Positions 23,842 through 33,009 of a stretch of 64,000 nucleotides of DNA are shown here, in pieces. Origin of the DNA: Acidobacteriota bacterium (lineage in GTDB: Bacteria; Acidobacteriota; Terriglobia; Bryobacterales; Bryobacteraceae); the NCBI GenBank assembly GCA_016870915.1, contig VFZY01000005.1:3706-67705 (forward strand), written 5' to 3'. Positions within the stretch are counted from its first letter, which is position 1; the number at the start of each line of letters is the position of its first letter. Made by a program: the position numbers and the translations under genes. The notes beneath the pieces were generated by a model that searched no databases, was not told the origin of the DNA, and worked only from the letters and a program-made list of their open reading frames with translations.

Positions 23842-24381
23842 ATGCGTGTAGCGCGTTCATTTGCACTCTTGCTCCCGGTCGCGATTGGCCTCGGCCAGAC
23901 TCCCGGCCGGAAGAACCTTGCTCCTTTTGTCACCACGCCGCAGAACGTCGTCGAGAAGATGCTCGAGATGGCCCGGATCAAGCCGGGTGAGACAGTCTTC
24001 GACTTGGGCTGTGGCGATGGCCGCGTGCTGGTGACGGCGGTCCAGAAGTTTGAGGCTCGCGCCGTGGGCGTCGAGATCTCCGAGCGGCTGGTGAAGTCCG
24101 TCAACGAAACGCTTCAGAAAGAGAACATCGCGGGCCGCGCCAGAGTGGTCCACGGCGACCTGATGGATGTCGACCTGGGTGAAGCCGACGTGGTGACGCT
24201 GTACCTGATGCGCGACGCCAACGACACCATTCGCCCGAAGCTGGAGAGGGATCTGAAGCCCGGCGCCCGCGTGGTGTCGCACGACTACGAGATCCGGGGC
24301 TGGAAGCCCGTGGCGGTGGAATACGCCGAGGCGCACCGCCGCAAGCACGCCATCTATATGTACGAGATCCCGCGCCGGTAG
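23842..24381 (+). CDS. class I SAM-dependent methyltransferase with an N-terminal signal/anchor
   Basis: It has SAM motif I (VFDLGCGDGRVLV), followed by AVGVEIS and an acidic loop (HGDLMD). Confidence 0.8.
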   Translation: MRVARSFALLLPVAIGLGQTPGRKNLAPFVTTPQNVVEKMLEMARIKPGETVFDLGCGDGRVLVTAVQKFEARAVGVEISERLVKSVNETLQKENIAGRARVVHGDLMDVDLGEADVVTLYLMRDANDTIRPKLERDLKPGARVVSHDYEIRGWKPVAVEYAEAHRRKHAIYMYEIPRR

Positions 24382-24400
24382 GCGGCTCGGGGTTCGTCTC

Positions 24401-25984
24401 GTGATTCCGGTCCTGATCGCAGCCCTTGCTCCGGCTTTGGCGCAAGTGCGGCTGGAGCCGAAGCAGCTTCCTTTCGTCCTGCGCAACGGAGAGACGGCAC
24501 GCAAGCATCTGCCTGCCACCATGGCCGGCGGCCTGGCGATCCTGGACTTTGACAACGACGGCGATCTCGACCTGTTCTTCGCCAACGGCGCCGCCCTGCC
24601 GGGACTGGTGAAGTCCGGGCCCGAGTTCCACAACCGCCTCTACGCCAATGACGGCCGGGGCGGGTTCACGGACGTGACGGAGCGCGCCGGGGTGGCGGGT
24701 GAGGGGTTCATGATCGCGGCGTCCGCCGCCGACTACAACAACGACGGGTGTGTCGACTTGTTCGTATCGGGCGTTCACCGCGTTACGCTCTATCGCAATA
24801 CCTGCCGTGGCGGCTTCACCGACGCCACGGCCTCGGCCGGTCTTTCGGCCACATCGGCACGGTGGGCCAACGGAGCCGTTTTCTTCGATTTTGACCGTGA
24901 CGGCGATCAGGATCTGTTCGTGGTCAACTATGTTCGCTGGCAGCCGGAGACCGAGCGGGAGTGTCTGGTGCAAAGCAAACCCGATTTCTGCCACCCGCGC
25001 TTCTACCAGCCGGCGGCCAATCAGCTCTACCGGAATCTGGGCGATGGCCGGTTTGAGGATGTTTCGGCGGCAGCGGGAATCGCCCGACATCCGGGCAAGG
25101 GGATGGCGGCGGCGGTGGTGGACGCCGGCGACGGATTGCCTTCCATCTTCGTGGCCAATGACCGGGTGTTTAACTTCCTGTTCCGGAATCTGGGAGGCGG
25201 ACGGTTTGCCGAATCGGGGTTCGACCTGGGCGTGGCGGTGCCGCAGTCGGGGGAGCCGCCGTCGGCGATGGGGGCGCTGGCAGCTCACCTTTCCGGACAG
25301 GCGAGGCCGGACCTGGTCTACACGGCGCTTCGTGGGGAGACCTTCCCGTTTCTCCGGCCCACGGCAGCAGGGTTTGAGGAAAGCCCGGCGATTGCCGCAA
25401 TCACGCGCGGGATGGCGGGGTGGGGTGCGGTGGCGGCCGATTTCGGCAACCGGGGGGTGCCCAGTCTGTTCTTTGCAAGGTCCGATGCGCTGTCGCCCGG
25501 GGGCGGCCGCGGAGAGGCGGCGCGGGAGCGGAACGCACTTCTGGAGAATCGAACCCGGGAGCGAGCAACTCTCTTGTTTGCAGATATTTCCGAGGCCTCT
25601 GGGCTCCACTCCCAGGGGCCGGCGATGAACCGTGGAGCGGCGGTGGGAGACCTGAACGGGGACGGGCTGATGGACGTTGTGACGACGGCCTTGAACGCGC
25701 CCGCAGTGGTGTGGTGGAACCGGACGCCGGATGCGGGACACTGGATTGCGTTCCGGGTTCCGGCCGGGACGCGGGTGGAGTTGACGGCGGCGGGACGGCG
25801 GCAGGTGGCATCCGCGCAGTCGATGACGGGCTATGCGTCGGCGTCGGCGGGCCCGTTGCATTTTGGGCTGGGGGCGGATACGGAGGCGCGGCGGGTGACT
25901 GTGGAGTGGCCGAACGGGCGGCGGCGCGAGTATTCGGCGCTGGCGGGGGGGCGCGTTCACTCGCCGGAGGAGGCACGCCCATGA
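24401..25984 (+). CDS. CRTAC1-family protein (FG-GAP/VCBS repeats plus an ASPIC/UnbV domain)
   Basis: It has repeated DxDxDGDxD-type motifs (DFDNDGDLDLF, DYNNDGCVDLF, DFDRDGDQDLF, DLNGDGLMDV) and a C-terminal ASPIC/UnbV-like tail (SGYASASAGPLHFGLG). Confidence 0.85.
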   Translation: MIPVLIAALAPALAQVRLEPKQLPFVLRNGETARKHLPATMAGGLAILDFDNDGDLDLFFANGAALPGLVKSGPEFHNRLYANDGRGGFTDVTERAGVAGEGFMIAASAADYNNDGCVDLFVSGVHRVTLYRNTCRGGFTDATASAGLSATSARWANGAVFFDFDRDGDQDLFVVNYVRWQPETERECLVQSKPDFCHPRFYQPAANQLYRNLGDGRFEDVSAAAGIARHPGKGMAAAVVDAGDGLPSIFVANDRVFNFLFRNLGGGRFAESGFDLGVAVPQSGEPPSAMGALAAHLSGQARPDLVYTALRGETFPFLRPTAAGFEESPAIAAITRGMAGWGAVAADFGNRGVPSLFFARSDALSPGGGRGEAARERNALLENRTRERATLLFADISEASGLHSQGPAMNRGAAVGDLNGDGLMDVVTTALNAPAVVWWNRTPDAGHWIAFRVPAGTRVELTAAGRRQVASAQSMTGYASASAGPLHFGLGADTEARRVTVEWPNGRRREYSALAGGRVHSPEEARP

Positions 25985-27366
25985 CAGTGCTTGTCCTGGC
26001 GGCGCTGCTGGCTCAGGATCCGGCGGCCGATCTGGCGGCGCGGGCTCGGGATGCCCTGGCGGCTCGGCGGCACGACGAGGCGGTTCGTCTGTATGGGCAG
26101 CTTGTCCAGGAGGTTCCGGGGAATCCGGGGCTGATTACCAATCTGGGGCTGGCGCTGCACCAGGCCGGCCGGTATCAGGAGGCGGCCGCACGGTTCCGGG
26201 CGGCGCTGAAGCTGGCTCCGGGTTCGTTTCCCGCGAATCTGATGCTGGGGCTGGCACTGCAGAAACTGGGGCAGCCCGCAGCGGCGATTGCGCCGCTTTC
26301 CGCGGCGGTCCGGTTGCAGCCGGGGGAGCCGACGGCCCGCCTGGAACTGGCCGATGCCCTGTTGGGCGCGGGCCGCGCGGCGGAGGCGATTCCGCACTTT
26401 TCACGGCTCAACACCCCGAAAGGACTGCAAGGGGTGGGCCTCAGTCATGCCGCTGTGGCGCGCCAGGCGTTCGCGGCGATTGAAGGGGCGGCGCCTGGGT
26501 CGCCTTACTGGCACGCCCTGGCGGCGCGATCCCTGGAGAGCCAGGGGCAATTGCGAGGGGCTTTCCAGCACTACCGGGCTGCGCTCGAAACGAACCCGCC
26601 GATCCCGGGATTGCGCCGGGACCTGGCCGGGGTGTATCAAGCGGCCGGCCATCCCGACTGGGCGGCGGCGGAAGCGAAGAAGCCGGAACCACCGTGCGCC
26701 GGGCTGGGGTGCGATTTCGCGGCGGGCCGGTTTGAGGCCATTCTGGCGGCGACGCGGACCGCAACCGCTCCCTCGGCGCTGTATTGGCGGGCGCGGGCGG
26801 CTTCCGAGCGGGCCCGGGCCAGCTTCGCGGCCCTGGCGAGCCTGCCGCCGAGCGCCGAGATCCATGAGCTTCAGGCGGCGGGCTTGCGGATTGAGGGCAA
26901 GCACCGGGAGGCGGTGGAGGAGTGGCGGCGGGCGCTGCAACTGAGCCCGCGCGATGGGCGGTTGGAGGCGGAACTGGCGCAATCGCTGTGGCAGGCGGGT
27001 GAGGATGATGAGGCGATGAAGCTGTTGGAGCGGCTGCCGGATTCACCGGCCGTGCACTTCCAGCGTGGCGACATCCTGGCCAAGCGGGGAGAGACGCCCC
27101 AGGCGATCGCTCAGTTGGAGAAGGCGGTGGCGGTACCGGCGGCTCGGGCGCTGCTTGGGCGGCTGTATCTGGAGCAGGGCGATGCCCAGCGGGCGGTGCC
27201 CCATCTGGAGGCTGGGCAATCGGTGGACCATGCCACGCTGTTCCACTTGAGCCGTGCCTATCAGCAGACGGGGCAGACCGCGAAAGCCAAGCTGACGCTG
27301 GCGCGCTATCAGCAGACCATGCGGGCGCGGACCGAGACGAAGGACGCCGAGATCACGCCGCCGTAG
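25981..27366 (+). CDS. TPR-repeat protein
   Basis: The ATG at 25981 overlaps the upstream stop (ATGA). There are multiple TPR-like units (A..Y...L...P.....NLGLAL...G...EA). The 648-aa track ORF upstream extension is out-of-frame overlap with the CRTAC1 gene. Confidence 0.8.
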   Translation: MTVLVLAALLAQDPAADLAARARDALAARRHDEAVRLYGQLVQEVPGNPGLITNLGLALHQAGRYQEAAARFRAALKLAPGSFPANLMLGLALQKLGQPAAAIAPLSAAVRLQPGEPTARLELADALLGAGRAAEAIPHFSRLNTPKGLQGVGLSHAAVARQAFAAIEGAAPGSPYWHALAARSLESQGQLRGAFQHYRAALETNPPIPGLRRDLAGVYQAAGHPDWAAAEAKKPEPPCAGLGCDFAAGRFEAILAATRTATAPSALYWRARAASERARASFAALASLPPSAEIHELQAAGLRIEGKHREAVEEWRRALQLSPRDGRLEAELAQSLWQAGEDDEAMKLLERLPDSPAVHFQRGDILAKRGETPQAIAQLEKAVAVPAARALLGRLYLEQGDAQRAVPHLEAGQSVDHATLFHLSRAYQQTGQTAKAKLTLARYQQTMRARTETKDAEITPP

Positions 27367-27411
27367 TCTTTTCCCCCGGCGCGTCAGCCCGGAACGTCAA
27401 CCGGGCGGCGG

Positions 27412-30400
27412 CTAAAACTGCAAGCGTAACCCGAGTTGTGTGTTGCGCGGGCCGACGTTGGTGGTGCCGGTGACGCGGCCGAAGTCGGCGCTCCCGAGTG
27501 TTGTGTTGGCGCGGCCGAACTGCGGGGTGTTGGTGATGTTGAAGAATTCGGCGCGGAACTGGATCTTGATGCGTTCGAGCGCGGAGAAGTTCTTCAGCAG
27601 GGCGAGGTCGGCGTGCTGGGTGGCGCCGAAGCGGACGTGGCGCAGCCAGCGGGGTGCGTTGCCGATGTCGAATTGGCCCGGCTGGGAGAAGGCCGCGGTG
27701 TTGAACCAGCGGTCCGGGGTGCGGCCCGAAATGGAGGCTTCCTTCTCGTTGGTCACGTTCGGGCGCTGAACGTTGAAACCGAAGTTGCCGAGCGTGTTGT
27801 TGGCGCGGAAGTCGAGGGGCAGGCCGTGGCTGAACCGGACGATGCCGGAGACCTGCCAGCCGCCGATGACGGCGTTGGCGACCGCGGGCATGGAAGCACC
27901 ATGCTTCTTGCCGCGGCCGACGGGCAGATCGTAGACCAAGGCGGTCACAAAACTCTGGGGGATGTCGTGAGCGCTGGTGGAATGGTCGCTCTTGAGGTCA
28001 TAGTAGTTGCGCAGCGTATCGGCCACTTCCCAGCCTTGCCATTCGCTGGCGTTGTCGGTGGCGCGTGACCACTGGTAAGTGGCGAGCAGGTTCAGGCTGC
28101 TGGAGATGGTCTTGTTAAAGCGGACAACCAGTGCATTGAAGCCGGCGGTGGCGCCAGGGGTGTTTTCGTTAAGGTTCACGTTCTGGAACTGCGGGAACGG
28201 ACGCAGCAGGCGCTGCCGCTGGACCTGCCGGGTTCCCAGCACGCCGGTGAGGACGCCAAAGAACGGGTTGTCGACGTTTTGCGTGAGCGCCGCGCCCTGC
28301 GCGAGGAACTGCGGGTGCAACTGGTTTGCGTTGCGTCCGGCTCCGAACTGGAGCTTGCGGCTCTGGGTGCCGGTGTAACCCACTTCGAGAATGGCGCCGT
28401 GGCCGAACTCATACTGGGCGTCGAAGCTGAAGCTCTGGACATAGCCGGAGGGGTGATGCCACTGCCAGGCGGCCACGCTTTCACCGGCCAGGGTGAGTGC
28501 GCCCCGGCTTGCGCCCGCAGGCAGATTGACGCCGTTCGGGAACGGGTTGCGCAGCAGGTTGCCGGGGTTGATGGCGTCCCCGCCGACGGTGGATACCCAG
28601 GCGGTAGTGGTGGAGAAGCCGTCATTACCAACGCCGCCACCCACTGTGGGCGGGTAGAAGATGCCGTAGCCGCCGCGCAGAACCAGCTTGTCGGTGACCT
28701 TGTAGGCGAGGCCGACGCGGGGGGCGAGGTCAAGCTTGTCCGTCTGCCAGGCGCCGCGGCGGTTGGCATCGCCGAAGACCAGACCGCCCTTGAGCGGCAA
28801 GCCGGTCCGTTGGGCGAGGGGGCTGGTGAGGTCGAAATCGAAGTAGTTGACCCGGTTGAAGCGTTCATTCCGGGCCTGTTGAAGCTCATACCGCAATCCC
28901 AGGTGCAGGGTGAGGCGGCTGTTCACGCGCCAGCCATCCTGGATGTAGGCGCCATAGTACATGTTGGTGGCGGCGGTGGCGGCGCGAATGGGTGTGTCGC
29001 CGCCGGCGCCTGTGCCCAGCAGGAAGGAGGCGAAACCGTCACCGGTGGTGGTGTTGGCGAAAGCGGTGGTGAGGGTGGGGCCGGAGGTGAGTCCGCGATC
29101 AAAATTGAACGCGGCGGTGTTGAAATCCGTATTGTTCAGCTTAATGGCTTCGGCGATAAAACCGAATTTCAGGCTGTGGCGGCCCAACTCCTTGGTGTTA
29201 TTGAACTGAAGGTTATGGGTTTCGCGCGGCACGTTGAGCCACCGGCGGTTGGCGAGAGAGGCATAGCCCTGCATGCTGATGGCCGGAAGTGTCTGCGCGA
29301 TGAACTGCGAGACCAGGGACTGGGGCAGGCCATAGACCTGCGCCGCGTTCATGCCCTGGCTGGGCGAGACCTGGTTTTCGCGCCAGCGGCCGCTCCCGAT
29401 GAGGATGTTGGTGACGAAGGTGGGGTTCCAAACGAACGTGTTGCCGATGATGATCTGGTGGCGGGGGTTGACATCGCTGAAATTGGTGTCCAGACCGTTG
29501 CCAAAGAACTTGGGCGCCACGTTTTCCTGCCAGGCCTTGGTGATTCGGCCATAGAGGGTGTGGCGTTCGCTGCGCGACCAGTCGATACGGGCGTCAAAGC
29601 GGTCATTCATGGTGACCGTCTTGCCGGTTGCCGCGAAGTTGCGGGTGTTGATGATGGCGTCGCCCGCGGTATTGGGTTGCGGCAGGATCTTCAGAACGTT
29701 GACGGCCACAGGGTCAAACTGGCTTTGCGGGACGCGGTTGGCGGGGAAGGGGTCGCGGACAAAACCGGCGCCGGCGGGGTTGGGCCGCGTGGAGAACGGG
29801 TTGTAGACGGTGGTGCGGGTGGCGGTGTTGATGAAAGTTTCGGAGAAGTCACCGGTCCGCTGGAGAGGCGTCGGCAGGGACGAAATGTTGGTTCCCGGGC
29901 TTCCCTGACGCAGACCTTCATAGGCCGTGAAGAAGAACAGCTTCTTTTGCCGCCAGATGGGACCGGAGAAGGTGCCGCCGAACTGGTTCCGTTGGAACTC
30001 AACCCGGCGCAGACGGGCCCGGTTGTTGCCCCAGGAGTTGGCGTCCAGGTTGTCGTTGCGCAGGAACTCGAAGGCCGCGCCGTGGAAATCCTGGCCGCCG
30101 CCGCGGGTGATCATGTTGACGGCGCTGCCGTCGCTTTTTCCGAACTGCGCGTCGTATTGGTTGCGGGCGATGTTGACTTCCTGCACCGAGTCGACGCTGG
30201 GCGAGGCGATGAGGCCGCCCCAGTCGCCGGCCGCGGCGGGCACGCCGTCGATGAGGGTGAGGCCGGCCTGGCCGCGTCCGCCGTTCATGGAGAAGCGGTT
30301 GTGGTTCTGATCCTGAGTGGCCTGCGAGATGCCCGTGCGGACCGCGATGACGCCCGCGTTCACGTGGACCAGTACGAATGGATTCCGCGCGTTGACCGGA

Positions 30401-30828
30401 AGGTCGAGCACGGTCTGCTGGTCGAGCGTGATGGAACGGTTGGCGGTCTGGGTATCGAGCATGGTGACGCCTTCGGTGACCTGGACGGTCTGGGTCACTT
30501 CGCCCAATTGCAGCTTGACGTCGAGTTCCAGGGTCTGATTGACGCGCACCTGGACACCCGGCTGGACGGACCGCTTGAACCCAGGGGCCTCGGCGGAGAC
30601 CTCATAGATTCCCGGAAGCAACTGGGAGAAATTGAAACGGCCGTCGGCTGCGGAGATCACCTGCCGTGTCTCCTGAGTGGCTTCGTTGCGCAGTCGCACG
30701 GTGGCGTTGGGCACAACCGTATCGGCCGGGTCGCGCACGATGCCGTTGAGGCTGCCGGTGAAGGCCTGTCCAAACAGGCTGATCGAGCTTGCAAGCACAA
30801 GCCCCGCAAGCGTTACAACATGCTTCAT
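27412..30828 (-). CDS. TonB-dependent receptor-like outer membrane protein with an N-terminal carboxypeptidase-regulatory-like domain
   Basis: The ATG at 30828 is preceded by AGGAGAAAACCC. It has a signal peptide (MKHVVTLAGLVLASSISLFGQA), a CarboxypepD_reg-like segment (GIVRD..G..VPNATVRL.N..T......SAADGRFNFSQLLPGIYEV), a long beta-rich barrel region and a terminal aromatic residue (..LRLQF). Confidence 0.85.
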   Translation of the reverse strand: MKHVVTLAGLVLASSISLFGQAFTGSLNGIVRDPADTVVPNATVRLRNEATQETRQVISAADGRFNFSQLLPGIYEVSAEAPGFKRSVQPGVQVRVNQTLELDVKLQLGEVTQTVQVTEGVTMLDTQTANRSITLDQQTVLDLPVNARNPFVLVHVNAGVIAVRTGISQATQDQNHNRFSMNGGRGQAGLTLIDGVPAAAGDWGGLIASPSVDSVQEVNIARNQYDAQFGKSDGSAVNMITRGGGQDFHGAAFEFLRNDNLDANSWGNNRARLRRVEFQRNQFGGTFSGPIWRQKKLFFFTAYEGLRQGSPGTNISSLPTPLQRTGDFSETFINTATRTTVYNPFSTRPNPAGAGFVRDPFPANRVPQSQFDPVAVNVLKILPQPNTAGDAIINTRNFAATGKTVTMNDRFDARIDWSRSERHTLYGRITKAWQENVAPKFFGNGLDTNFSDVNPRHQIIIGNTFVWNPTFVTNILIGSGRWRENQVSPSQGMNAAQVYGLPQSLVSQFIAQTLPAISMQGYASLANRRWLNVPRETHNLQFNNTKELGRHSLKFGFIAEAIKLNNTDFNTAAFNFDRGLTSGPTLTTAFANTTTGDGFASFLLGTGAGGDTPIRAATAATNMYYGAYIQDGWRVNSRLTLHLGLRYELQQARNERFNRVNYFDFDLTSPLAQRTGLPLKGGLVFGDANRRGAWQTDKLDLAPRVGLAYKVTDKLVLRGGYGIFYPPTVGGGVGNDGFSTTTAWVSTVGGDAINPGNLLRNPFPNGVNLPAGASRGALTLAGESVAAWQWHHPSGYVQSFSFDAQYEFGHGAILEVGYTGTQSRKLQFGAGRNANQLHPQFLAQGAALTQNVDNPFFGVLTGVLGTRQVQRQRLLRPFPQFQNVNLNENTPGATAGFNALVVRFNKTISSSLNLLATYQWSRATDNASEWQGWEVADTLRNYYDLKSDHSTSAHDIPQSFVTALVYDLPVGRGKKHGASMPAVANAVIGGWQVSGIVRFSHGLPLDFRANNTLGNFGFNVQRPNVTNEKEASISGRTPDRWFNTAAFSQPGQFDIGNAPRWLRHVRFGATQHADLALLKNFSALERIKIQFRAEFFNITNTPQFGRANTTLGSADFGRVTGTTNVGPRNTQLGLRLQF

Positions 30829-30915
30829 GGGTTTTCTCCTGAAGTCAAGACGACTGCCGCCAGCATATCGCGGCCCGAAACCAGATCGCAACCGTCCGCA
30901 AGGAGTTCCGTCTAA

Positions 30916-32343
30916 ATGCACCCTGACAATCCGAATCGTCCTCCGCAGCCGCGTGCCGTGCCGCTGCGGGCTCCGGGCCGTCCCCGCATTCTGCTGATGC
31001 TGATGCGCTCGACCGGCCTGCTGATGTACGGCGAATCGGGGCTGACGCCGGCGGCCTTCAAGAATATTGCCACGGCTTCGATGCTGCTGGTCATCCTTTG
31101 GATTGTGGACTTTCTTGCCTGGAGCGGGTTGTGGAACATGATGCTGACCGGCGGCGTGCTGCGAAGCGGCGCCATGACCTGGCTGGCGGTTTTTCTGGGC
31201 TTTCTGTTCGCCACCATGATTCTGCTGTACGAGTCGAGTTTTCTTTCGGCGGATTTCCGGCATCGGGGGCAGACGCCGTGGTTTTCGATCGGCATCCGGG
31301 TGACGTTCGTGCTGCTGATCGCGTTCACGACAAGTTTGCCAATCGACCTTTATCTGCTGTCGGAGCAGATTGACCAGCGGGTCCACCAGGAGCAGGTGCT
31401 GCGACAGATTCCTGCCCTGGTTCGGAATTGGCAGGACGCCGAATTGCGGCGTACGACGGTGACCACGGCGAGCCAGGCTGAAATCGATGCCCGGACGCTG
31501 CCGCAGGCCGAAGCCAATCGAAAGGCGGCCGAGGATCGGGAGAACCGCCGAGCGCAACTAACGGCGCTTCGAGCCGAACGCGCCCGCGAGGAGACCCACA
31601 TCCGGAGCCTGGAGCGGGAGCGGGCGGGCCTGCTGTCGCGTTCGCGGACAGAGAACGCAGGGCGCGCGGGGGAACTCGCCGGCCTGATCAACGCCGGCCG
31701 TCAGCGGGCCGCCGCGCTACGCAAGCAAGAGGTGTCCGAGGGCGAGGCTCTGCGCGCCGCCACGGGACGCGCCGATGCCGCCGATCTTGCGCTCAAGCAA
31801 GGCTTGGCCGACGCGCGCGTGGAGCAGATTCAGACGGCGGGCGCCGACGCCAAGCGGTACGAGACCTGGATTCACGATCTGTGGCAGGCGAAGCCAATGA
31901 CACGGGTGGCGGAGCGGGCGCGGCCGCAGGGCGGCGACGCGATGGTCTATGAAGGCGAGCAGATTGAGGGTTCGATTGGGATCGGCGAGCGGCTGATCGT
32001 TCTGCGTGACGTGCTGGCGGGGCGCGCGCCGCGCCGCCCGCGGATGACGGAGGAGGACCGGAAAGCGCTGGAGGTGATGCGAATCGCGGTGTTCATCACC
32101 AGTCCGGACCCCGAGGCGGTGGCGCGGCAGCAGACGGACGCGGCGTCGTTGCGGGAACTGGCCGTGGCGAATCTGATCATCTTCACGTTCCTGCCGGCGC
32201 TGGTGCTGGCACTGAAGGGGTTGTTTGACGAGGACACCGAGTTGTACTTCAATCGCGAGTACCAGAGAGAGTTGGGATTCCCGGGCCTGGGGCCAACGCC
32301 CGCGGAGAGGGCCCGGGCGGCGACTGGGACACAAGATTATTGA
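30916..32343 (+). CDS. membrane protein with N-terminal TM helices, a long central coiled coil and a C-terminal TM helix (DUF4407-like architecture)
   Basis: 475 aa. Several hydrophobic helices lie in aa ~45-150. An Arg/Glu/Ala-rich heptad-like region spans aa ~160-300. A C-terminal hydrophobic helix reads LAVANLIIFTFLPALVLAL. The family assignment rests on architecture only. Confidence 0.6.
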   Translation: MHPDNPNRPPQPRAVPLRAPGRPRILLMLMRSTGLLMYGESGLTPAAFKNIATASMLLVILWIVDFLAWSGLWNMMLTGGVLRSGAMTWLAVFLGFLFATMILLYESSFLSADFRHRGQTPWFSIGIRVTFVLLIAFTTSLPIDLYLLSEQIDQRVHQEQVLRQIPALVRNWQDAELRRTTVTTASQAEIDARTLPQAEANRKAAEDRENRRAQLTALRAERAREETHIRSLERERAGLLSRSRTENAGRAGELAGLINAGRQRAAALRKQEVSEGEALRAATGRADAADLALKQGLADARVEQIQTAGADAKRYETWIHDLWQAKPMTRVAERARPQGGDAMVYEGEQIEGSIGIGERLIVLRDVLAGRAPRRPRMTEEDRKALEVMRIAVFITSPDPEAVARQQTDAASLRELAVANLIIFTFLPALVLALKGLFDEDTELYFNREYQRELGFPGLGPTPAERARAATGTQDY

Positions 32344-32352
32344 TTTGCGATG

Positions 32353-32643
32353 GGCGTTGCGCAGCGCCTTCATGGGATCGATCCAGGAGGCTCGCAGGGC
32401 GGGTCCGGTGACTGCCGCCAGCGCCGCGAGTAGCAAGACGCCGACTGCCGCGGCGAGCGTCCAAATGGGGAAATCGCCGGCGGGCAGCAGGCGTTGTGTC
32501 TTGGCGACGCTGGCGGCGTAAAGAGCGAGCGGCACGCCGGCGAACTGGCCCAGGGCCGCAAGGGTCATGCCTTCGAGTACGACCTGTCTGGTCACGTCGG
32601 CCGGGGTGGCGCCGACGCGAAAGAGTTGCGAAGGAACCTCCAT
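32353..32643 (-). pseudogene. remnant (last ~97 codons) of an FtsX/MacB-type (ADOP-like) ABC permease
   Basis: The translation ..GATPADVTRQVVLEGMTLAALGQFAGVPLALYAA...LLLAALAAVTGPALRASWIDPMKALRNA matches the conserved C-terminal TM3-TM4 and ..PA.RA..VDP..ALR tail of FtsX-domain permeases. Nothing from the remaining several hundred residues of such a protein is present upstream. The normal stop is missing, so the frame runs on antisense to the neighbouring gene. Confidence 0.6.
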
Positions 32644-32658
32644 CGAGCCGCAAAGAAG

Positions 32659-32686
32659 CCTGTCCGGACCGTAATCGACGGACAGG
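32659..32686. promoter_or_regulatory. inverted repeat CCTGTCCG-N12-CGGACAGG just upstream of the wHTH gene (candidate operator or weak hairpin)
   Basis: Perfect 8-bp arms lie at 32659-32666 and 32679-32686, followed by TTTG. The repeat ends 7 nt before the candidate GTG start at 32694. Confidence 0.3.
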
Positions 32687-32693
32687 TTTGCCC

Positions 32694-33009
32694 GTGCTCA
32701 AGGTCCGCGTCTTTGATCGTTTTGGCGAGCAAGCCTTCGAACTACATAGGGACCCGGCGCCGAAGCTTGATCCGTCAACCGCGCCGTCTTTCACGCCGAA
32801 GCAGGGTCAATTTCTGGCTCTCATCTACAATCACACGAAGATCCACGGCAGGGCACCCTCGGAGTTGGAACTACAGCGCTGTTTCCGTGCCTGCGGCCCA
32901 CGACATGATCAAGACTCTGGAGCGGAATGGCTTGATCGAACGAACACCCGGGCAGGCCCGATCGATCCGCCTTCTTGTAGGCGCGGAGCACCTGCCGCGA
33001 TGGCAGTAA
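32694..33009 (+). pseudogene. LexA-type winged-helix DNA-binding protein gene interrupted by a 1-nt frame shift
   Basis: One frame gives ..TPKQGQFLALIYNHTKIHGRAPSELELQRCFR up to ~32880. A second frame gives ..VSVPAAHDMIKTLERNGLIERTPGQARSIRLLV up to the TAA at 33007-33009. Only the two frames together form a complete LexA_DNA_bind-like wHTH. Confidence 0.55.

Noticed and set aside
24101-25960. 619-aa minus-strand ORF
   Set aside because: It is antisense to the CRTAC1/ASPIC gene. It is extremely Arg/Pro-rich, whereas the plus-strand frame carries repeated FG-GAP/VCBS calcium-binding motifs.
25420-25980. Upstream 187 codons of the 648-aa TPR track ORF
   Set aside because: It is out of frame and overlaps the CRTAC1 gene, with a Gly/Arg/Ala-rich composition. 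The TPR gene has a coupled ATG at 25981 (ATGA overlap).
28279-30915. 878-aa plus-strand ORF
   Set aside because: It is antisense to the TonB-dependent receptor-like gene. It has a Gly/Ala/Val/Asp-rich monotone composition and no start context.
30829-31557. N-terminal 243-codon extension of the 1381-aa minus-strand track ORF
   Set aside because: The real receptor begins at ATG 30828, which has a strong AGGAGA SD and a signal peptide. The extension is Arg/His/Gln/Pro-rich and antisense to the plus-strand membrane protein gene.
31717-32352. Continuation of the 308-aa minus-strand ORF beyond the permease-like tail
   Set aside because: Similarity to FtsX permeases ends at ..DPMKALRNA. The rest is an Arg/Pro-rich read-through, antisense to the coiled-coil membrane protein gene.
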